Origin: an uncultured Clostridia bacterium
Lineage (GTDB): Bacteria > Bacillota > Clostridia > Christensenellales > UBA1242
DNA length: 64,000 bases
Assembly: GCA_944381175.1 (NCBI GenBank)
Contig: CALWKD010000020.1
Location: 22,888 to 86,887, forward strand
Reading direction: 5' to 3'
In this document: positions 55,481 to 64,000 of the stretch, piece after piece
How the letters are laid out: every line of letters starts with the position of its first letter
Numbering within the stretch: position 1 is the first letter of the stretch
The notes under the pieces: generated by a model
Database searches by the model: none
The model's input: the letters and a program-made list of their open reading frames with translations, nothing else
Told to the model about the DNA's origin: nothing
Translations under genes and position numbers: made by a program

Positions 55481-57025
55481 GTGGAAGAAAAGAAGAGAAG
55501 ATTGGGCACGAGTGCCTTTGTTTTGGTCTTGGGTGGGTTTATCTGCAAATGCTTGGGTGCACTGTTCAGATTGCCACTCACAAACCTCTTGGGGTTTGAG
55601 GGAATTGGCGTTTTCCAACTCATTATGTCGCTCTATTCCTTTTGTCTTGTGCTGACTTGCGGTGGGGTGACGGCAAGTCTGTCAAAACTTATAAGTTCCG
55701 CAAGGGCGAGGCAAAATTATGCCAAAATTTCCACATATCTTCGCCGAGCAACTCTCGTCTGTTTGCTTTCGGGCTTTGCAATCGGAATTGTTTTCTTTTT
55801 TGCAGGCAAATATATTGCTTCTTTTCAAGGGATTTCGTCGAGTAGTGGATATTTGCTGTTTGTCGCACTCTTGCCACTTGGAGCGATGCTGGCGGTTTTT
55901 AGAGGTTTTTTTCAGGGGTATGAAAATATGTATCCGACTGCCATAAGTCAAATCTTGGAGCAGGTCGCAAAGTTTGGATTTGGGCTCTTGTTTGCCTCTT
56001 ATTTTGGCAAAAATGGCATAAGCAGTGGCGTGTTTGGTGCATTTTTGGGCATTGTTTTGAGCGAAGTGGTGGCTCTCCTCTTTTTGATTGGTGTGTTTTT
56101 GTTTAAAAAGGGGAATTTGCCAAAAATGCAAAATCTTCGTGAGATTAAATTTGTTTCAAGGGAGTTTGACAAAGTGAATTTTATGCTTTTGCTGTCCGCT
56201 TCAATCTTGCCTCTTGTGAACGCTTTTGACGGACTCGTCATCGTGCCGAGGCTTGTTAATGCGGGTTTTTCAAGCGGCCTCGCCACCAAACTTTTCGGGC
56301 TTCAAAGTGGAATTGCTGGGGCATTTTTAAATTTCCCACTCATCATCTCGGTTGCGGTCGCGACTGCGTTTTTGCCAAACATTTCATATTTGATTTCAAA
56401 GGGTGCAAAGGGAAAGTATCTTATGGAAAAGGGAATCCGAGTGCTATTGCTCTTGGTCTTGCCGACGACATTTGGTCTTGTCGCGATTTCCAAGCAAGTT
56501 TTGCCGATTGTTTACACTGATTTAAGCGGAAAGATGCTTGAAGTCGTCTTTGAACTTATGCTTTTTGGCGCTTTTTCCATAATTTTCACCGCACTTATGC
56601 AATATTTTGTTATGCTTTTGCAGGCGAACGGAGATTTCAGGTTTATTGTCATCATCACCTCAATAGGTGGAATTTTGAAAGGACTCGCGACCATCATTTT
56701 GGCGGGGATTTCATCCGTGAATGTTTTTGCAATTGTGCTTGGGAATATTTTGATGTCAGCATTTGTTTGCGTTTGTGCGTTGGTGAAACTTAAAAGCAAA
56801 TTCGGCTTACAGTTCCGCTTTGTTGAACTTTTCTTGATTTTGTTTGGCACGGCAGTTATGGCTGTCACGGTTTACACATTTATTCAAAAAAACTATTTCA
56901 CTGTTGTGGTGAACATTATCCTTGGCGTCATTCTCGGCGTGTTTGTTTACATCGTCTTTTCTGCTCCTGTCTTTTATTCCATAATAAAAAAGAAAAGTGG
57001 AGTGTTTAAAACTAAAAGAAGTTGA
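55481..57025 (+). CDS. SpoVB/MurJ-family polysaccharide / lipid II flippase
   Basis: KCLGALFRLPL, LGFEGIGVFQ, FRGFFQG..MYPTAISQILEQ; many TM helices. Confidence 0.88.
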   Translation: MEEKKRRLGTSAFVLVLGGFICKCLGALFRLPLTNLLGFEGIGVFQLIMSLYSFCLVLTCGGVTASLSKLISSARARQNYAKISTYLRRATLVCLLSGFAIGIVFFFAGKYIASFQGISSSSGYLLFVALLPLGAMLAVFRGFFQGYENMYPTAISQILEQVAKFGFGLLFASYFGKNGISSGVFGAFLGIVLSEVVALLFLIGVFLFKKGNLPKMQNLREIKFVSREFDKVNFMLLLSASILPLVNAFDGLVIVPRLVNAGFSSGLATKLFGLQSGIAGAFLNFPLIISVAVATAFLPNISYLISKGAKGKYLMEKGIRVLLLLVLPTTFGLVAISKQVLPIVYTDLSGKMLEVVFELMLFGAFSIIFTALMQYFVMLLQANGDFRFIVIITSIGGILKGLATIILAGISSVNVFAIVLGNILMSAFVCVCALVKLKSKFGLQFRFVELFLILFGTAVMAVTVYTFIQKNYFTVVVNIILGVILGVFVYIVFSAPVFYSIIKKKSGVFKTKRS

Positions 57026-57048
57026 GCATCATTTCTTGGGAGGGAATT

Positions 57049-57321
57049 ATGAACAAAACAGAATTTGTGGAAATCTTGGCAAAAAGGACAAATTTGTCAA
57101 AAGCAAAGTGTAATTTGGTGCTTGAAGAATTCAAATCAGCGGTGATTGAGATTTGTTCCAAAGGTGAGGAGGTCAAATTGCGAAACTTTGGGAAATTTTC
57201 ACTTCAAGAAAAGAAAATGAGAAGATTTTTGAATCCTCAGACTAAACGATATTACTTCTGCAAGCCTAAAAAGGTGGTGTCTTTCAAAAGTTTCGACAAT
57301 TTCAAATACGCCGTAACTTAA
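57049..57321 (+). CDS. HU/IHF-family DNA-binding protein (divergent)
   Basis: MNKTEF...LA..TNLSK, FGKF, NPQT arm; ATG 57049 after GGGAGG. Confidence 0.85.
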   Translation: MNKTEFVEILAKRTNLSKAKCNLVLEEFKSAVIEICSKGEEVKLRNFGKFSLQEKKMRRFLNPQTKRYYFCKPKKVVSFKSFDNFKYAVT

Positions 57322-57352
57322 GCAAGTTGGATGCAAACTTGCTTTTTTCTTT
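57320..57352 (+). terminator. Intrinsic terminator
   Basis: AAGCAAGTT-ggatgca-AACTTGCTT followed by a T run. Confidence 0.75.
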
Positions 57353-57386
57353 TGTTTTCTTTTTCGGGTGTGGTATGATATAGGAT

Positions 57387-58319
57387 ATGATTGTCAAAGG
57401 AATTGATTTTTCAGAAAATCCAATTTTGCTCGCTCCAATGGCGGGCGTGACAGATGTGGGGTTTAGGTATCTTGCATCTTCTTTTGGTGCAGATGCAACA
57501 GTGACCGAAATGCTTTCCGCTCGTGCAATGGCAAACTGCACAAAGAAAACCGAATTTTTGACCTTGACGACGGAAGCGGAGAAGATAAAGATTGCACAAA
57601 TTCTTGGGCACGAAGTGGAGTTTATGGAAAAGGCGGTGAGGCACAGCCTTCTTGAAAAATTTGATGTTTTTGACATCAATATGGGCTGTCCTGCCCCAAA
57701 AATCGTCAAAAATGGCGAGGGCGGAGCACTTATGGACAACTTGCTTCTTGCAAGCAAAATTATCTCTGCGGTGAAAAACGCCACCGACAAGCCTGTTTCG
57801 GTCAAGTTTAGGAAAGGGCGAAAAACGGAAAACTTTTTGGAATTTGCGAGGATGTGCGAGGAGAGTGGGGCAGATTTTGTGACTTTCCACGCGAGGACTG
57901 TCGGACAAGGATACTCGGGCAAGGCGGACTATGAAGCAATCGCAACCGTCAAGGCAAAACTCAAAATTCCAGTGATTGGAAATGGAGATGTTGTAGGCAG
58001 GGAAAGTTTTTCACGGATGAAAAACACTGGCGTTGACGGAGTTATGGTGGGTCGCGGTGCAATGGGAAAGCCTTGGATTTTTGCAGAACTTAAAGGCAAA
58101 GATGTGAAAATTGATAAATTTGAGTGCGTGAAGACTCACATCAAAATTCTCAGGCAATATTTTGATGAAAATTGGCTCAAACTCTACATAAGAAAACATC
58201 TTTTGTGGTATGCTTCCGATTTGCCAATGTCCGCAAGTGTTAGATTGAGACTTGCCACTTGCGACAACATCGACGATTGTCTTGAGATACTTGGAAAGGT
58301 TTTTGAAGAGAATAGATAA
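57387..58319 (+). CDS. dusB: tRNA-dihydrouridine synthase
   Basis: LAPMAGVTD, DINMGCP, HART, GNGD, GRGAMGKPWIF. Confidence 0.93.
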   Translation: MIVKGIDFSENPILLAPMAGVTDVGFRYLASSFGADATVTEMLSARAMANCTKKTEFLTLTTEAEKIKIAQILGHEVEFMEKAVRHSLLEKFDVFDINMGCPAPKIVKNGEGGALMDNLLLASKIISAVKNATDKPVSVKFRKGRKTENFLEFARMCEESGADFVTFHARTVGQGYSGKADYEAIATVKAKLKIPVIGNGDVVGRESFSRMKNTGVDGVMVGRGAMGKPWIFAELKGKDVKIDKFECVKTHIKILRQYFDENWLKLYIRKHLLWYASDLPMSASVRLRLATCDNIDDCLEILGKVFEENR

Positions 58320-58386
58320 AAAGTTTTTCCAAATTGTTTTGAATTATTGGGCAAATGTTGTAAACTTTAGTTAAAGGATTTCCAAA

Positions 58387-59568
58387 ATGAAGAAAACGAT
58401 AAGAGATTTAAAGGGTTTAAAAGGCAAGAAAGTGCTTTTGCGATGTGACTTCAATGTTCCGCTTGACAAATACGGCGACATACTTGATGACACAAGGATT
58501 TATGCCGCTTTGCCTACGATTGAGTATTTGGTGGAGCACGAGGCAAAAGTCATAATCGTCTCACACCTTGGAAGGCCAAAGGGTTATGACAAATATTTGT
58601 CGCTTTTCCCTGTTGCGGTTTATCTTATGAAGTGGTTTCCAAACAAGGTTAAATTTGCCAGCGAACCAATAGGGAAAGAAGTTGATAGAGAGGTTGCAAA
58701 CTTGAAAAATGGAGAGATTTTGCTCCTTGAAAACATCAGGTTTGTGCAGGGTGAAGAAGAAAATTCGCCAAAACTTGTGGAAGAACTTGCAAAACTTGGT
58801 GATATTTATGTCAATGACGCTTTTGGTGTTTGCCACAGAAAACACGCCTCGACCTATGGCGTTGCAATAAAACTCCCAAATGCGATTGGTTTTTTGGTCG
58901 AGAAAGAGTTGAAGGTCTTTGAGGAAGCGTTCAAAACGCCAAAACGCCCATTTGTTGCGATTTTTGGTGGGGCAAAAATTGACGACAAGATAAACTTGAT
59001 ACGAAATATTATGGACAATGTTATGCAACAGGGAGACTCAATCTTGATTGGCGGAGGAATGGCATACACTTTCCTGCAGGCACAAGGGATCCAGATTGGG
59101 AAATCAATTGTTTCCTTGGACAAAGTTGACGAAGCGAAGAAGGTTTTGGCTGAAGCAGAGAAAAAGGGAATAAAAGTCTTGCTTCCAGTCGACCACGTTG
59201 CTCTTCTTAAAGAAAAAGACAAAGTTGTGAGGACGAAAAAACTCTCTGGAGATATGATTGGTCTTGATATTGGGAATTTGACAATCAAGATGTTTGTCAA
59301 GGAGATTATGGAGGCGAACCAAATTCTTTGGAATGGCCCAGTGGGCAAGTATGAGGACCCTCGCTTCAAAAAGGGCACGATGAAGATTGCGAAAGCGGTC
59401 GGCAAAAGCGTCGCTTACTCGATTGTTGGAGGCGGAGACAGCATAAGTGCAATAAATGCATCTGGCGTTGCCGACAGCGTAAACCACCTTTCAACAGGTG
59501 GCGGGGCAAGTTTAAAACTTATGGAAGGGAAACCACTTCCTGCGATTGAAGTTATTGATGAGGTCTGA
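58387..59568 (+). CDS. pgk: Phosphoglycerate kinase
   Basis: DFNVP, SHLGRP, LENIRF, NDAFG, GGGMAYTF, GGGDS, STGGGASL. Confidence 0.96.
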   Translation: MKKTIRDLKGLKGKKVLLRCDFNVPLDKYGDILDDTRIYAALPTIEYLVEHEAKVIIVSHLGRPKGYDKYLSLFPVAVYLMKWFPNKVKFASEPIGKEVDREVANLKNGEILLLENIRFVQGEEENSPKLVEELAKLGDIYVNDAFGVCHRKHASTYGVAIKLPNAIGFLVEKELKVFEEAFKTPKRPFVAIFGGAKIDDKINLIRNIMDNVMQQGDSILIGGGMAYTFLQAQGIQIGKSIVSLDKVDEAKKVLAEAEKKGIKVLLPVDHVALLKEKDKVVRTKKLSGDMIGLDIGNLTIKMFVKEIMEANQILWNGPVGKYEDPRFKKGTMKIAKAVGKSVAYSIVGGGDSISAINASGVADSVNHLSTGGGASLKLMEGKPLPAIEVIDEV

Positions 59569-59645
59569 TTTTTGAGGTAAGCGAAAGAGGAATTTCGGCA
59601 ACTTTTGTGGTAAAACAAGAATAAATTAAAGACGAGGAGAAGGTT

Positions 59646-60395
59646 ATGAAGAAAATTATAATCGGCAACTTCAAGATGAACACAACTCCAAGCGAGTTCA
59701 AGTCTTATGCAATGGCACTTGCGACCAAGACAAAAGGGACAAAAAATGATGTTATCGTCTGCCCTCCATACACGCATCTTGGCACGGCAAAGCAGATTCT
59801 TGCTGGCAGTCATATTTATTATGGTGCACAAAACATCTCAGAGGAGGAAAGTGGAGCATTTACTGGTGAGATAAGTGCAAGTATGATAAAAGACTTGGGT
59901 GCGGAATATGTCATTGTTGGACACTCCGAGAGGAGAGGAAAATTCAAGGAGAATGACAAAGTTGTAAACAAAAAAATCAAGACCGCACTTGCAAACGGTT
60001 TGAAAGTCATTCTTTGCGTGGGAGAAAATTTGCAGACAAGGACAAACAAGCAAGCGGCGATGTTTGTCAAAAAACAACTTGATGACGACCTCAAGGGCAT
60101 CTATGAAAACGAACTTGAAAGTGTCATCATTGCATATGAGCCTATTTGGGCAATCGGAACAGGGAAAAATGTCACTGTGACCGAAATTCATAAAATGACA
60201 GACCTTATCAGAAAGGAAATTGAATACCTGTATTCTGAAAAGGCTGGCAGAGGAATAAACATTGTCTACGGCGGAAGCGTAGGTTTGACAAATTACAAAA
60301 AACTGCTTTCAAATGATTTCTTGAATGGGGTTATGATTGGGAATATTTGTCTCGAAATTGACAATTTCACATTGATATGCAGAGAAAATTACTAA
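59646..60395 (+). CDS. tpiA: Triosephosphate isomerase (atypical C-terminal phosphate loop)
   Basis: NFKMN, GAFTGE, GHSERR, AYEPIWAIGTG, YGGSV. Confidence 0.92.
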   Translation: MKKIIIGNFKMNTTPSEFKSYAMALATKTKGTKNDVIVCPPYTHLGTAKQILAGSHIYYGAQNISEEESGAFTGEISASMIKDLGAEYVIVGHSERRGKFKENDKVVNKKIKTALANGLKVILCVGENLQTRTNKQAAMFVKKQLDDDLKGIYENELESVIIAYEPIWAIGTGKNVTVTEIHKMTDLIRKEIEYLYSEKAGRGINIVYGGSVGLTNYKKLLSNDFLNGVMIGNICLEIDNFTLICRENY

Positions 60396-60404
60396 AATGG
60401 AGAA

Positions 60405-61511
60405 ATGATGAATCATATTGCACTTTACAGAAAATATAGACCAAAGAGTTTTGAGCAGGTGATTGGACAAGACCACATCACAAAGACCTTGCAAAACCAA
60501 ATTATGAGCGACCAAATTGGGCACGCATATCTTTTCACTGGCTCTCGTGGGACGGGAAAGACGAGCGTTGCGAAGATTTTTGCGAAAGCGGTGAATTGCC
60601 AAAAACCAGTAAACGGCTCTGCTTGCGGAGAGTGTGAGGTCTGCAAGAGGCTCGAGCAAGAAAACGACATAAACATCATCGAAATTGACGCAGCGTCAAA
60701 CAACAAAGTCGATGACATCAGAGAGATTCGAGATAAGGTGAAATTTATGCCTGTTGGAGCGAAATACAAAGTTTACATCATCGACGAAGTTCATATGCTT
60801 TCCGACAGTGCCTTCAACGCACTTTTGAAAACTTTGGAAGAGCCACCGTCATATGTCATTTTCATTTTGGCGACCACAGAGGTTCACAAATTGCCACAGA
60901 CGATTTTATCGAGGTGTATTAGGTTTGATTTCAGATTGGTTTCGACCGAGACTCTTGTGAAACACTTGGCAAAGATATTTGACAAAGAGAATATAAAATA
61001 TGATGAGGAAAGCCTCAAAATCATTGCAAGTGCAGGAGAGGGAAGCGTCAGAGACACGCTCTCAATCGCAGATTCCATTGCCTCATATTGCCAAGGTGAC
61101 ATCACAAAAGAGAAGACGCTCTCAATTTTGGGTACAACTGACCACGATTTGATAATCAGTTTCTTCGACCAAATAAAAGAAAAAGATGTCGGACAAGTGC
61201 TTTCGCTTATTGACCAGATTGAGAAAGAAGGAAAGAATTTGGCGGTGTTTGCGAAAGATTTGTCTAAGCACGCGAGAAATCTTTTGGTTTGCAAATCGTG
61301 CAAAAATGCAAACGAAATTTTAAATTTGACCGATGATGTGTTTGAAATGTATAAACAGCAGTCGGAAAAGTTTGAGGAGAAAGATTTGATTCGATATATG
61401 CAGGTCTTCTCAAGTGCCGAAAGCGAACTTCGTTACACGCTCTCCGTGAGGCTTCTGCTTGAAACGACTTGCCTTACTGCAATGCTTGGACTTGACGCAA
61501 AAAAAAACTGA
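60405..61511 (+). CDS. dnaX: DNA polymerase III gamma/tau, zero-frame (gamma-length) product
   Basis: LYRKYRP, GSRGTGKTS, C..CGECEVC zinc module, EIDAASN, DEVHML, SRC. Stops right after an A9 run. Confidence 0.95.
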   Translation: MMNHIALYRKYRPKSFEQVIGQDHITKTLQNQIMSDQIGHAYLFTGSRGTGKTSVAKIFAKAVNCQKPVNGSACGECEVCKRLEQENDINIIEIDAASNNKVDDIREIRDKVKFMPVGAKYKVYIIDEVHMLSDSAFNALLKTLEEPPSYVIFILATTEVHKLPQTILSRCIRFDFRLVSTETLVKHLAKIFDKENIKYDEESLKIIASAGEGSVRDTLSIADSIASYCQGDITKEKTLSILGTTDHDLIISFFDQIKEKDVGQVLSLIDQIEKEGKNLAVFAKDLSKHARNLLVCKSCKNANEILNLTDDVFEMYKQQSEKFEEKDLIRYMQVFSSAESELRYTLSVRLLLETTCLTAMLGLDAKKN

Positions 61512-61843
61512 AGATTGAGAAAGATGTGACAAAACTCTCTGCAAATAATGTTTGGGGAAAGGTGGTGTTGTATCTGAAAGAACACAAAAAGGTTGCACTT
61601 CACGTGGCTTGCGGAGATATAACAAATGCACAAATTGAGGGAGACCGACTTGTGATTCGCTCCAGTGACGATTTCTTGATTGATGTGCTTGAGAATGGAA
61701 GAAGAGAGATTGAAACGGCTATCAGGTGGCAAGGGTTGGACTTGAAATTTGAGGTGGTGAAGTTTGAGAGTGTTGAGCAAAAATTGAACAAGGACATCAA
61801 AAAATTGCAAAACTTTTTCGGAAGCAGATTGACAATCGACTAA
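61508..61843 (+). CDS. dnaX: Probable C-terminal (tau-specific) part of DnaX, in the -1 frame
   Basis: The -1 frame is open from the A9 run (...K-L-K-I-E-K-D-V-T-K...). W..V..YLK...LH..C and the terminal KLQNFFG.RL.I resemble Firmicute tau C-termini. No good SD before GTG 61526. Confidence 0.7.
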   Translation: MKIEKDVTKLSANNVWGKVVLYLKEHKKVALHVACGDITNAQIEGDRLVIRSSDDFLIDVLENGRREIETAIRWQGLDLKFEVVKFESVEQKLNKDIKKLQNFFGSRLTID

Positions 61844-61987
61844 CTTTTCTTTTGGAAAAAAGAAAAGTTAGCAAAAGAAAATCGATGATTTTCGAGTTTT
61901 CTTAAAACAGAGAAGAAACTTTGAGATTTTGTTTAACAACAAAAAGGGTCTCGACCCTTGGAAAAAAGAAAAGTTAGCAAAAGAAAA
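61840..61987. repeat. REP-like palindromic composite repeat
   Basis: 30-nt direct repeat TTGGAAAAAAGAAAAGTTAGCAAAAGAAAA at 61852 and 61958; hairpin CTAACTTTTCTTT/AAAGAAAAGTTAG; palindrome AAGGGTC-TC-GACCCTT. Confidence 0.65.
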
Positions 61988-62191
61988 CCAACAATTTTTG
62001 AGATTTCTTGAAATATAAAAAAACACTAAAAATAATCAAAAAATATGAAAAATTAAATATTTTTTGTGGAAAAATGGCAATTTTTGATAAAAAATGACGA
62101 TTTGTAAAAATTATAAAAATAAAGAAAAACGACTAAAAATAGTCGAAAAAATAGAAAAAATTAAATACGGAATAAATTTTAGGAGGTTTAT

Positions 62192-62506
62192 ATGGCATAC
62201 GGATTTGGTGGATTTGGCGGAAACAATATGCAGGCACTTATGCGTCAGGCACAAAAAATGCAAGAGGATATGAAGAAGATTCGTGAGGAGATTGACGGCA
62301 CGGAGTACACATCAAGTGTTGGTGGCGGAATGGTTGAGGTCACACTTTACGGAAACCGCACTGTGAAAAGTGTCAAGATTAAGCCTGAGGTGGTTGACCC
62401 AGAAGATGTGGAGATGCTCGAGGACTTGGTTGCCTCTGCGGTTGGAGACGCATTAAACAAAATCTCCGCTGACGAAAAGGCAAAACTCCCAAACTTGGGA
62501 ATGTAA
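62192..62506 (+). CDS. ybaB: YbaB/EbfC nucleoid-associated protein
   Basis: MQALMRQAQKMQ, GGGMVEVT, DPEDVEMLEDLV; dnaX-ybaB-recR synteny. Confidence 0.94.
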   Translation: MAYGFGGFGGNNMQALMRQAQKMQEDMKKIREEIDGTEYTSSVGGGMVEVTLYGNRTVKSVKIKPEVVDPEDVEMLEDLVASAVGDALNKISADEKAKLPNLGM

Positions 62507-62540
62507 AATTGTGAGATTGCCACTTTGATAAAGGAAGATT

Positions 62541-63134
62541 ATGAGTGAATTTGACGAGCCGATTGAGAGGTTGATTGAATATTTCAGGAGTTTGCCAGGC
62601 GTGGGCAAAAAAACTGCTCAACGCTATGCTTTTTACATCCTCGAAAACAGCAAAGAAAAAGCACAAAATTTTGCGAATGCAATCGTGGAAGTGAAAGAAA
62701 AGGTCCGCCTTTGCAGTGTTTGCGGGAATTATTCTTCAAGCGAAATTTGCCCGATTTGCCAAAAGCGAAACAGAAAAATTGTTTGCGTTGTGCAAGAGCC
62801 AAAAGATGTGGTGTCAATGGAAAAAGTGAAAAGTTTTGATGGGGTCTATCACATTTTGTTTGGCACAATAAACCCTCTTGAAAACAAAGGACCAAACGAC
62901 ATAAGAATAAAGGAACTTCTCGCTCGCATCTCAAAAGATGGTGTGCAGGAAGTGATTATGGCAACAAACCCTGATGTTGAGGGTGAGGCAACTGCGATGT
63001 ATATTGCGAAAATTTTGAAACCGCTTGGCGTCAAAGTTACTCGCCTTGCACAAGGAATTTCAATGGGCAGTGATATCGAATTTGCAGACGAAATCACGCT
63101 TGAAAAAGCGCTCAAAGCAAGACAAGAAATCTAA
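62541..63134 (+). CDS. recR: Recombination mediator RecR
   Basis: LPGVGKKTAQR (HhH), C..C..C..C zinc finger, ATNPDVEGEATA (TOPRIM). Confidence 0.96.
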   Translation: MSEFDEPIERLIEYFRSLPGVGKKTAQRYAFYILENSKEKAQNFANAIVEVKEKVRLCSVCGNYSSSEICPICQKRNRKIVCVVQEPKDVVSMEKVKSFDGVYHILFGTINPLENKGPNDIRIKELLARISKDGVQEVIMATNPDVEGEATAMYIAKILKPLGVKVTRLAQGISMGSDIEFADEITLEKALKARQEI

Positions 63135-63154
63135 GGTGGCATTGCCACTTTTTT
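63135..63154 (+). terminator. Probable terminator after recR
   Basis: GTGGCA-t-TGCCAC followed by T6. Confidence 0.55.
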
Positions 63155-63252
63155 AATTTTCATTTTGATAAAATTTTTGAAGTAAAAAACACAAATAGGA
63201 AAAGTGTATTGCTTGCGAATTGTGATGCCAATTTGAAAAGGTGTCATGTTGC

Positions 63253-63281
63253 TTGACTTTTTTTATTGTGTTTGCTATATT
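63253..63281 (+). promoter_or_regulatory. Sigma-A promoter of argS
   Basis: TTGACT-17 nt-TATATT with an extended TG. Confidence 0.65.
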
Positions 63282-63316
63282 GTCGATATATCAGAGGATT
63301 TTTTGGAGATTTTGCT

Positions 63317-64000
63317 ATGGATTTAAAGAACGAAATTTTGAAAAAACTTGTAAAAAGTGTAAACGATTGCAATTTTGATGGTGCTGGAAGTCTCGTTGTA
63401 ACTTTTTCCAATCGTCCAGATTTGTGCGATTTTCAAACAAATTATGCACTCATCGTGGCAAAAAATATGGGGATGAAACCTATTGAAGTTGCCGAAAAAA
63501 TAGTGGAAAATATTGAAAAAAGCGAGTTTTTTGAGTTTTCTGTGGTTGCCCCAGGCTTTATAAACATCAAAGTGACGGACAAGGCACTTTCAGAATTTGC
63601 AAATTTTGTGAAGGCTGACAAAAACTTGGGCGTTGAGCAGGTCGAGAAAAAGAGATTCGTATTCTTTGATTATGGCGGAGCGAATGTCGCCAAGGAACTT
63701 CACGTGGGACATTTGCGTTCTCCAATTATAGGTGAGGCGCTCAAAAGATTGCACGCTGTTATGGGTGACAAGGTTTTGGCGGATGTGCACTTGGGAGATT
63801 TTGGACTTCAAATGGGGCTTACGGTGCTCCAACTTAAAGAGGATGGTTATCTTGATGCGTTTTTTGACGAAAATGTCAAAGATTACAGCAAAATCCCAAT
63901 GCAAGACATCACTCTTGACCTTTTGAATGACGAATATCCAAAGGCAAGCAAGCGTAAAGATGTGGACAAAGAATTCAAGAAAATGGCAGACCTTTTCACG
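63317..64000 (+). CDS. argS: Arginyl-tRNA synthetase, truncated by the window end (absent from the ORF track)
   Basis: Manual translation from ATG 63317: ...APGFINI...DYGGANVAKELHVGHLRSPIIGE...HLGDFGLQMG. Confidence 0.93.
   Translation, partial: MDLKNEILKKLVKSVNDCNFDGAGSLVVTFSNRPDLCDFQTNYALIVAKNMGMKPIEVAEKIVENIEKSEFFEFSVVAPGFINIKVTDKALSEFANFVKADKNLGVEQVEKKRFVFFDYGGANVAKELHVGHLRSPIIGEALKRLHAVMGDKVLADVHLGDFGLQMGLTVLQLKEDGYLDAFFDENVKDYSKIPMQDITLDLLNDEYPKASKRKDVDKEFKKMADLFT

Noticed and set aside
61852-61987. Possible mini-CRISPR array (30-nt repeats)
   Set aside because: Only two copies, a 76-nt spacer that is itself partly repetitive, and no cas genes in the window.
63130-63154. AAGGTGGCATTGCC resembling a T-box upstream of argS
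   Set aside because: It lies upstream of the argS promoter, overlaps the recR stop, and is better explained as a terminator hairpin.
32-63926. Numerous 60-230 aa antisense or alternate-frame ORFs in the track
   Set aside because: They are shadows of well-supported genes and have no recognisable motifs or SD.

Overview
A low-GC chromosomal segment from a spore-forming Firmicute (Clostridia-like), coded almost entirely on the + strand. It carries core genes (rluA-family, typA, dnaB, gltX, trpS, uppP, P-type ATPase, holB-yaaT-yabB, degV, tatD-ksgA, rplI, HU, dusB, pgk-tpiA, dnaX-ybaB-recR, argS) and sporulation genes (spmAB, SpoVB-like flippase, DUF1540/DUF6774-like, ferritin-like). About 30 kb of the window is two giant acidic surface-protein genes: a ~3,750-aa lipoprotein and a 6,173-aa C-terminally anchored protein that share a GLUG/Zmp-type module. 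Main observations: (1) dnaX is split at an A9 run, so the long tau form needs -1 frameshifting or transcriptional slippage; (2) a consensus TTGACA/TATAAT promoter with a G9 tract in its 16-nt spacer drives an orphan MutS-I-like/Gre-C-terminal fusion, a candidate for phase variation; (3) the distal N-terminal segment of the 6,173-aa gene lacks the palindrome avoidance seen elsewhere and may be a swapped-in tip; (4) several genes appear leaderless; (5) several core proteins have degenerate motifs. I saw no rRNA, tRNA, CRISPR array, transposase, integrase or reverse transcriptase. All family calls come from motif recognition by eye, not database searches.
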